Source: a candidate division WOR-3 bacterium (GTDB lineage Bacteria > Hydrothermota > Tepidihabitantia > Tepidihabitantales > Tepidihabitantaceae). Taken from it: a stretch of 64,000 nt of DNA. The stretch is from NCBI GenBank assembly GCA_965648905.1, contig CBFGIT010000002.1, positions 97,450-161,449 of the forward strand, in the 5' to 3' direction. Positions 57,429 through 64,000 of the stretch are shown one piece after another. The notes below the pieces were generated by a model. It was given only the letters and a program-made list of their open reading frames with translations, did no database searches and was not told the DNA's origin. The translations under genes and the position numbers were made by a program. Each line of letters opens with the position of its first letter. Position 1 is the stretch's first letter.

Positions 57429-58792
57429 TATCTGCCTCCGACAACCACGTTCTCAATTAGAAGATGGGGCGAGCCATAGCACGAGCGGATGTTCATCTGG
57501 CCCTTGCCGCAGCCCCCAATCTCGCCCAGTTTCAGGTCGTTACCAACCGCCCTGATGTTCTGCAGAGTCTGGTACAGGTTTCCCGAGATGTTGATATCCC
57601 GCACCATCTGACCTGGTTTGCCCCCCTTGACCGCAAAGCCGTACTGAGCGCCGAACGTGAAATTCTCGCCTGAAGTCTGGCCACCGTACGCGGTCGCAAG
57701 GTACAGCCCATCACCCAGTTGTTCGAGCAGCTCTTCCCGGCTCCACTTGCCCGGTTCGATGTAGATGCATCCCATCCGGACAATGGGCGCGTACCGGTAA
57801 TCCTCGGCCACCGTATGACCGGACAAAGGCTCATCATACGCGGCCGCGGTCCGGCGCGAGTGGAGCCGGCCTGAAAGCACGCCTGCCTTCATCAGTTGTG
57901 TCGGCCGCGCCCGCACGCCCTCATCGTCGTACTTGTAGAACCCGAGCTGGCCCGGCCGGGTCGGGTCATCGACAATGCTCACAACGTCGCTCCCCAGTCT
58001 CGCGCCGAGCTGCATCTTCTGGCGCATCGTCGGGTTGTCTTCGATGATGTCCGCTTCTGAGAAATGGCCGAACGCCTCGTGGGTGAACACGCCGCCCAGC
58101 TTCTGGTCCAGCACCACCCGGTACGTGCCCGATGTTACGGGCCGGGCTTGCAGCAGGTCAACCGCGATACCGGCGGTCTTGTCCACCTCGGGCTCGCGGC
58201 CCCGGAGCACATGAAAGCCATCGCTGCCGCCGAGTCCGAAAATCGCCCGCTGGGTCAAGCTGCCATCCTGCGCGGTGACAAACCCCGAGATGCGGACCGT
58301 AACCAGGTTTTCTCTTACCTCGCTGCCCTCAGTACTAACGAAATATTTCTCCCGCACAACGTCGACGTAACCCACCTGGGTCGTAACGACCTTTGGTCGG
58401 CCGAGCGCCAGCTCGTTATACGACCGGGTCAGGCCCAGCTTCTCCTCGACCGGGACTTGGCGCGGGTCCTCATTCAGTTGCGGCCGGAACTCGTCCTTCA
58501 TGACCTCGGTCGGCGCAAGACGCACCGGTTCCTTCGCATGCCGGGCCATCAGTTTCGCGTTCTCGACCGCGGTCTTTGCGGCGCGGCCCGCGTCCTCGGG
58601 CCGGGTAAACGAAATGTCGGCAAGACCCCCGTCCTTGAGCACGCGCAGCACAAAGCCGTCGGTCGAGCTCGATACCAAAGTCGTCAGCTCCGGGCCGCTG
58701 AACCCAATCTTGGTCTCGTGCATCACTTCATAGCGGATATCGGCATAGTCGGCGTCGATACCGGCGAGTACGGTTTTCAGCCTATCGAACAC
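57428..58792 (-). CDS. tldD: TldD family metalloprotease
   Basis: 'HEAFGHFSEAD', 'YDDEG', 'GGCGKGQ'. GTG start after AAGGAG. Confidence 0.9.
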   Translation of the reverse strand: MFDRLKTVLAGIDADYADIRYEVMHETKIGFSGPELTTLVSSSTDGFVLRVLKDGGLADISFTRPEDAGRAAKTAVENAKLMARHAKEPVRLAPTEVMKDEFRPQLNEDPRQVPVEEKLGLTRSYNELALGRPKVVTTQVGYVDVVREKYFVSTEGSEVRENLVTVRISGFVTAQDGSLTQRAIFGLGGSDGFHVLRGREPEVDKTAGIAVDLLQARPVTSGTYRVVLDQKLGGVFTHEAFGHFSEADIIEDNPTMRQKMQLGARLGSDVVSIVDDPTRPGQLGFYKYDDEGVRARPTQLMKAGVLSGRLHSRRTAAAYDEPLSGHTVAEDYRYAPIVRMGCIYIEPGKWSREELLEQLGDGLYLATAYGGQTSGENFTFGAQYGFAVKGGKPGQMVRDINISGNLYQTLQNIRAVGNDLKLGEIGGCGKGQMNIRSCYGSPHLLIENVVVGGR

Positions 58793-58823
58793 TCTGGCTC
58801 CTTGGTTGGTTGACCGAGGCAAT

Positions 58824-58851
58824 AGACTAGACGCGCGAGCGGCAAAGTCAA
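58824..58851 (-). promoter_or_regulatory. sigma70-type promoter of the tldD operon
   Basis: TTGACT-N16-TAGTCT. Confidence 0.5.
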
Positions 58852-58936
58852 GACCACGTTGAGGCGGCCGCCCCCGGGGTCAGGTTCAAGCTTCGGTCTG
58901 CCCGGGGCGCCGAACCAGACCGGTTGCGGGTCGGGT

Positions 58937-58965
58937 TTGACCTATCACCTTCATTTGTCTATAAT
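58937..58965 (+). promoter_or_regulatory. Near-consensus sigma70 promoter of the giant surface protein gene
   Basis: TTGACC-N17-TATAAT. Confidence 0.75.
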
Positions 58966-58991
58966 TTACTGCTGGAAAGGAAGGAAGGGAA

Positions 58992-61900
58992 TTGTCTGGA
59001 GTCATCTTCGCAGCTCTGGCTGCGCTAGTCGCGCAGTCGCCATCAGTCCAAGACCGCAGCCTCCTCAACTCGCCCCAAGCCAACCGTACCTGGACCGAAA
59101 CCTCGGTCGAGGACTTCCGCGACGGCATGCTCGACCCGACGATGTACGTCTCGCCTCGCGCCGGCCTGGACCCGGACTCAGGCTCGGTCGAGTTCTTCAG
59201 CCGATTCGACGTCAACAACGACGGTTGGCTCGACCTGGTCTGCTCGGACGATTCCGGGCCGTACCTCCGGCTCTACTTCGGCAGCGCCACCGGCTACGAC
59301 TCGACCCGCTGCCGCTACTACCCGGTCCCGGGCGGTGGCAACAGCGACCTGGCCGACCTGAACCTCGACGGCTTTGCCGAGCTCATCCACTCCGGCTGGC
59401 GGACCAACTACGTCGTTGTCTACTGGGGCACAGACTCCGGCCCTTCCCTGACCGACACGACCTGGCTCGCCATCGCCGGCTCGAGCGAAGCAGTTGCGGT
59501 CAGCGACCTTGACCGCGACTGCTACCTTGACATCCTTGCCGGCTCGGATAACGGCAACCTCTATATCTTCTGGGGCTCGGCCTCAGGCTTTTCCAGCGCC
59601 CGCCGCTCCAGCGTCTTCCTGAACGGCAGCGTCGGCCACAACATCGAGCTCGCCGACTTCGACCGGGACGGCTATTGCGACGTCGCGCTCTCGCTCTGGA
59701 GCCGGGACCGGAACCCGGTCATCTACTGGGGCGCGGGCCGCACGCCGCGCACCATCACCTGGCTTCAGGTCCTGCCCGACAACCCGCACGGCATCACCGT
59801 CGCCGACCTTGACATGAACGGCTGGCTTGACATCGTCTACACCGGCTATGACCAGGTGACCGCGGCCTACATCTACTACGGCGGCCCGAGCGGCTTCTCG
59901 GTCGCCAACCGCGAGACCGTCAACCCGGGCAAGTGCTACGGCGGCAGCACCGCGGTGCTCTGGAACGCAGACAAGACCCTCGACCTGGTGTTCTTCCGGG
60001 GCGAGTGGGGCGTTGACACTACCTTTCGGCCCAGGGTGTTCTTCAACCGGGCCGACACCTTCCCTCACTTCTCCAATGCCCGCAGCAGCGAGATCGGCCT
60101 CTCGTTCTTCAACGCATCGGGCGGGCTTGTTGCCGACCTGAACCGCGACGGTTATCTTGACGTCTTTGTCAACAACATGCGGCCGAGCAATTACAGCCGC
60201 GTGCTCTGGGGACCAGCCTACGACTCCACCACGCCCCTGCCGGTGCACCGCGACCACCACGGCATCTGGCGCGAACCCGGTAACATCTACACCCGGAACT
60301 TCGACGCCACCTACCTTTCGTCGGTCTTCGACATCGGCCCGGACTCCTCTATCACCGGTGGTACCTGTACCTGGGTCGCCAGCGAACCGGCCGGCTCCGA
60401 GGTGATGCTGCTCGTGCGCAGCGGCAACACCCCGGTCCCGGACCAGACCTGGTCCCCCTTCTACCCGGTGCCGTTCAACGGCGGCGAGCTGCCCGACGTT
60501 GTGATTGACAACCGCTACCTCCAGTACCGGGCCGTGTTCTGCTACCTTTCACCCAGCTATCTGCCCAGGCTGGAACGGGTGACGTTCGACCTTGCTGCCG
60601 ACCTGGCGGTTGATGTTGCGGTCAGTCGGATTCTCGCGCCCACCGGCACGGTCGACTCCGGCGTCGCGGTCGTGCCGCGGGTGGTCATCGCCAACAACGA
60701 GCTAAGCTCGCCGGTCGTGACCGTGAACCTGCGCATCGGGTCAGGATACAACCAGACGGTCACCGACACGATTGCACCACGTGGGGTGGACACGGTGGTC
60801 TTCCCGGTCTGGACTCCGACCGCCCTGGGCATGTTTGGTGTGCGCTGCTCGGTCTACGCGGCTCACGACCGCGTGCCGGCCAACGACACACTCAGGGACT
60901 CAGTCCGGGTCCGCGCTCATGAAGACGTCGGGCCGCTCCTTATCATTTCCCCGCCTCCGGCCGCCGAATCCGGCACGGTCCACATCCCGGCAGCCACAGT
61001 CAAGAACTTCGGCGCACGCACCGCGGTCTTTCCAGCGACCATGCGCATCGGCTCAAACTACGCCCAGACCCGGTACGACACTCTCCTGCCCGGTCAGACA
61101 GACACAGTCCTCTTCCCGGCCTGGATTGCCCGGCCGGTCGGTAACCTCGCGGTCCGGTGCTACACTGCAATGACCGACGACGGCCACCCGGAAAACGACA
61201 CCATTACTGCCGGCACTGCTGTGTACGTCAACCTCGATGCCGCGGCAGTCGCTATCCTCGCGCCCACCGGCACGCTCGACTCAGGCACGGTCGTTACACC
61301 TCGGGCCCGGGTGACAAACCTCGGCACCAGCACCGCGCTCATCCCGGTCCGACTGACAATCGGCACCGGCTACAGTGATACAGCCAGTGCCAGTGTTGCG
61401 CCGGGCGAGACCGCAATGGTCAGCTTTGCCAACTGGGTTGCCTCACCGGTCGGGCTGCTGGCGGTCAGATGTTCGACGTTCCTGGCCGGAGACACGGTGA
61501 GCAGCAACGACCTGGCCGTCGATTCAGTCACGGTCATTGTGCACAAAGATGCTGCCGCGGTCGCTATCCTGGCTCCGACCGGCGTACTCGACTCCGGGAC
61601 AGCCCTTACTCCGGTCTGCCGTATAGCCAACAATGGGACCAGCCCGGGGCCGATCCCGGCCCGACTTCGCATCGGCACTTCCTACGATGAAACTGCATTC
61701 AAGTTCCTGGCTCCGGGCACAAGCGACACAGTGCACTTCCCGGACTGGGTTGCATCGCCACTTGGCCTGCTGGCAGTCCGGTGCTCGACCGCACTTGCCG
61801 GGGACGAGCACCCGAGCAATGATACGGTCTCGACCGCTGTGTTGGTCACAGTCACGGTTGACGCTGCTGCCGAGGCGATTCTCGCGCCAACTGGTACGCT

Positions 61901-64000
61901 TGATTCAGGCGCGGTCGTCACACCGCGGGCACGGGTGACAAATCTGGGCACGAGCACTGCGCTGATCCCGGTGCGGCTGAGAATCGGGACAGGTTACAGC
62001 GATACAACCAGTGTCAGTGTCGCACCAGGCGAGACCGCAACTGTCAGCTTTGCCAACTGGACCGCCTCACCGGTCGGCCTGCTCGCAGTCCGTTGCTCGG
62101 TCGCCTTGGCCGGGGACACGTTCCCGGAGAATGACACGGTCAGCAGTAGTGTGGCCGTGCGGCGGGACTATCTGGTTGACGCCGAGCTTGCCGCCATCCT
62201 CGCACCGACCGGCGCGGTCGACTCAGGCACCTCCATCATTCCTGCTGTTCTGGTCAGGAACAATTCTGATACCGCAGCCGCAGTGCCGGTCAAGATGGCC
62301 ATCGGCACAGGCTATGTGCAGCATGACACGATACTCCTAGGCTCAGGCGCGACCGACACGGCCCTGTTTCCGGTCTGGATTGCCCAGCCGGTCGGCCTGC
62401 ACTCTGTGGTCGCAAATACGTATCTGGCCGGGGACGAGGACCCGGGCAATGACACCGCCCGTACCACCGTTCTCGTCACAAGGGACACCGTGCTCGACGC
62501 CGGCGTGGTCTCGATTCTCGCACCCTCAGGCACGGTGGACACAGGGCTGAGCATTATCCCGCGAGCCATCGTCGCCAACTTCGGCAACACCGACACCGCG
62601 TTCCCGGTCACCATGCGCATCGGCTCAGACTACAACCAGTCGGTCATTGTCGCCCTGGCTGCCGGCAGCACCGACACGGCCGAGTTCCCGGTCTGGACCG
62701 CTGCGCCTTGTACTACCTTGGCTGTGGTCTGCTTCTCTGTGCTGACCGGTGACGCCAACCCGGCCAACGACACCGCCTACGGCAGCGTGACGGTGCAGCC
62801 AGTGGTCGATGCCGCACCGGTACGCATCATCGCTCCGGTGAGCAGCCTTGATTCCGGCACTGCGGTGACACCGATGGTCAGTGTCACCAACGCCGGGACG
62901 AGAGCCGAGAACATCCCGCTGCGCCTGCGCATCGGGGCCGGCTACGAGAGGACGGTCAGTCGGACGCTGAGTCCTGGTCAGACCGACACGTTCAGCTTCA
63001 CTGAGTGGATTGCCCAGCCTGTGGGCACGGTTGTGGTCCAATGCTCGACCATGCTGGTTGGAGACCGGCGGCCGGAGAACGACACGTTGTCCAGCGCAGT
63101 AACTGTTGGTCGCAGAATCGATGCTGCGGCAGTCGCCGTACTGGCACCGACCGACACGGTCGATTCAGGCACGGTCGTGACACCTCGGGCCCGGGTGACA
63201 AACCTCGGCACAAGCACCGCACTCATCCCGGTCCAACTGACAATCGGCACCGGCTACAGTGATACAACCAGCGCCAGTGTCGGGCCGGGGGAGACCGCAA
63301 CCGTCAGCTTTGCCAACTGGGTTGCTTCACCGGTCGGGTTGCTCGCGGTCCGCTGCTCGACGTTCCTAGCCGGAGACGAGAGCCCGGTCAACGATACCGT
63401 CAGTGCAGCGGTTCTGGTGCGGCACTTTGTTGATGCGGCGGTTACCGCTCTGGTTGCTCCGCTGGGCGTGGTCGAGTCCGGTGCTGTGGTCACACCGCGG
63501 GCCGTGGTGACCAACCTGAGCACCCGGACTGCGTCCATTCCGGTCTCCATGTGGGTCGGCAATGACTACCTCGAGAGCAGCGAGGTCATCTTGGGGCCAG
63601 GCGCGTCGGATACGGTTTCCTTCCCGGACTGGACTGCTTCGCGGCTGGGCTGGCAGGTGGTGCGGTGTTCGGTCGGGCTGGCTGGTGACCAGGAACCGGG
63701 GAATGACCAGATGGTTGACTCGGTGCTGGTCACAAGGGACACGGTGCTGGACGCTGCGGCAGTGGCAATCCTCGCGCCGACTGGCACGGTGGATTCGGGC
63801 ACGGTGGTAACACCGCGGGCACAGGTGACAAATCTGGGCACGAGCACTGCGCTGATCCCGGTGCGGCTGACAATCGGGTCCGGCTACAGTGACACGACCA
63901 GCGCCAGTGTCGGGCCGGGCGAGACCGCAACGGTCAGCTTTGCCAACTGGGTTGCCTCACCGGTCGGGCTGCTGGCGGTCAGATGTTCGACGTTCCTGGC
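58992..64000 (+). CDS. Giant secreted/surface protein with FG-GAP repeats and at least 11 CARDB/Ig-like modules (3' truncated, >1669 aa)
   Basis: TTG after AAGGAAGG; signal peptide MSGVIFAALAALVAQ; Ca-binding DxNxDGxxD repeats (DVNNDGWLD, DLNLDG, DFDRDG, DLNRDG); ~104-aa modules starting DxxxxxIxAP. The frame stays open to the window end, so it is absent from the ORF track. Confidence 0.9.
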   Translation, partial: MSGVIFAALAALVAQSPSVQDRSLLNSPQANRTWTETSVEDFRDGMLDPTMYVSPRAGLDPDSGSVEFFSRFDVNNDGWLDLVCSDDSGPYLRLYFGSATGYDSTRCRYYPVPGGGNSDLADLNLDGFAELIHSGWRTNYVVVYWGTDSGPSLTDTTWLAIAGSSEAVAVSDLDRDCYLDILAGSDNGNLYIFWGSASGFSSARRSSVFLNGSVGHNIELADFDRDGYCDVALSLWSRDRNPVIYWGAGRTPRTITWLQVLPDNPHGITVADLDMNGWLDIVYTGYDQVTAAYIYYGGPSGFSVANRETVNPGKCYGGSTAVLWNADKTLDLVFFRGEWGVDTTFRPRVFFNRADTFPHFSNARSSEIGLSFFNASGGLVADLNRDGYLDVFVNNMRPSNYSRVLWGPAYDSTTPLPVHRDHHGIWREPGNIYTRNFDATYLSSVFDIGPDSSITGGTCTWVASEPAGSEVMLLVRSGNTPVPDQTWSPFYPVPFNGGELPDVVIDNRYLQYRAVFCYLSPSYLPRLERVTFDLAADLAVDVAVSRILAPTGTVDSGVAVVPRVVIANNELSSPVVTVNLRIGSGYNQTVTDTIAPRGVDTVVFPVWTPTALGMFGVRCSVYAAHDRVPANDTLRDSVRVRAHEDVGPLLIISPPPAAESGTVHIPAATVKNFGARTAVFPATMRIGSNYAQTRYDTLLPGQTDTVLFPAWIARPVGNLAVRCYTAMTDDGHPENDTITAGTAVYVNLDAAAVAILAPTGTLDSGTVVTPRARVTNLGTSTALIPVRLTIGTGYSDTASASVAPGETAMVSFANWVASPVGLLAVRCSTFLAGDTVSSNDLAVDSVTVIVHKDAAAVAILAPTGVLDSGTALTPVCRIANNGTSPGPIPARLRIGTSYDETAFKFLAPGTSDTVHFPDWVASPLGLLAVRCSTALAGDEHPSNDTVSTAVLVTVTVDAAAEAILAPTGTLDSGAVVTPRARVTNLGTSTALIPVRLRIGTGYSDTTSVSVAPGETATVSFANWTASPVGLLAVRCSVALAGDTFPENDTVSSSVAVRRDYLVDAELAAILAPTGAVDSGTSIIPAVLVRNNSDTAAAVPVKMAIGTGYVQHDTILLGSGATDTALFPVWIAQPVGLHSVVANTYLAGDEDPGNDTARTTVLVTRDTVLDAGVVSILAPSGTVDTGLSIIPRAIVANFGNTDTAFPVTMRIGSDYNQSVIVALAAGSTDTAEFPVWTAAPCTTLAVVCFSVLTGDANPANDTAYGSVTVQPVVDAAPVRIIAPVSSLDSGTAVTPMVSVTNAGTRAENIPLRLRIGAGYERTVSRTLSPGQTDTFSFTEWIAQPVGTVVVQCSTMLVGDRRPENDTLSSAVTVGRRIDAAAVAVLAPTDTVDSGTVVTPRARVTNLGTSTALIPVQLTIGTGYSDTTSASVGPGETATVSFANWVASPVGLLAVRCSTFLAGDESPVNDTVSAAVLVRHFVDAAVTALVAPLGVVESGAVVTPRAVVTNLSTRTASIPVSMWVGNDYLESSEVILGPGASDTVSFPDWTASRLGWQVVRCSVGLAGDQEPGNDQMVDSVLVTRDTVLDAAAVAILAPTGTVDSGTVVTPRAQVTNLGTSTALIPVRLTIGSGYSDTTSASVGPGETATVSFANWVASPVGLLAVRCSTFL

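Noticed and set aside
58859..59512. ORF-track 217-aa ORF and other short ORFs after 58859
   Set aside because: They are alternative-frame shadows of the giant ORF starting at 58992.

Overview
GC-rich bacterial chromosome segment from an anaerobe. The style of the secreted-protein C-terminal domains suggests candidate division WOR-3 or a related FCB-group lineage (inference, not verified). In order it carries: the end of a batCDE operon; a lipoprotein/methyltransferase operon; an IS481-like remnant; an M23 peptidase; a CoA-transferase/acyl-CoA dehydrogenase operon; transaldolase, transketolase and an aminotransferase; a KamA-family radical SAM enzyme and queH; a ~16 kb hdrC-hdrB-hdrA-hdrL-mvhD-FdhB-like-hdrC'-hdrA' operon ending in MATE and GNAT genes; an IS3 remnant; comEC; a secreted S8 protease; an ECF sigma/anti-sigma locus; a four-gene uncharacterised membrane operon; purF; RNase P RNA; tldD/pmbA; and a giant FG-GAP/Ig-repeat surface protein that runs off the right end and is missing from the ORF track. 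The most unusual signals lie outside the genes. (1) Three dispersed, related, degenerate 12-nt-period arrays. (2) A four-helix-bundle gene inside the hdr operon, bracketed by 42-bp inverted arms built from heptamers, with a solo arm elsewhere. (3) In-frame 9-mer repeats at the same loop of two HdrA paralogues. No CRISPR array, tRNA, rRNA or reverse transcriptase was seen. All family assignments come from motif recognition by eye, not from database searches.
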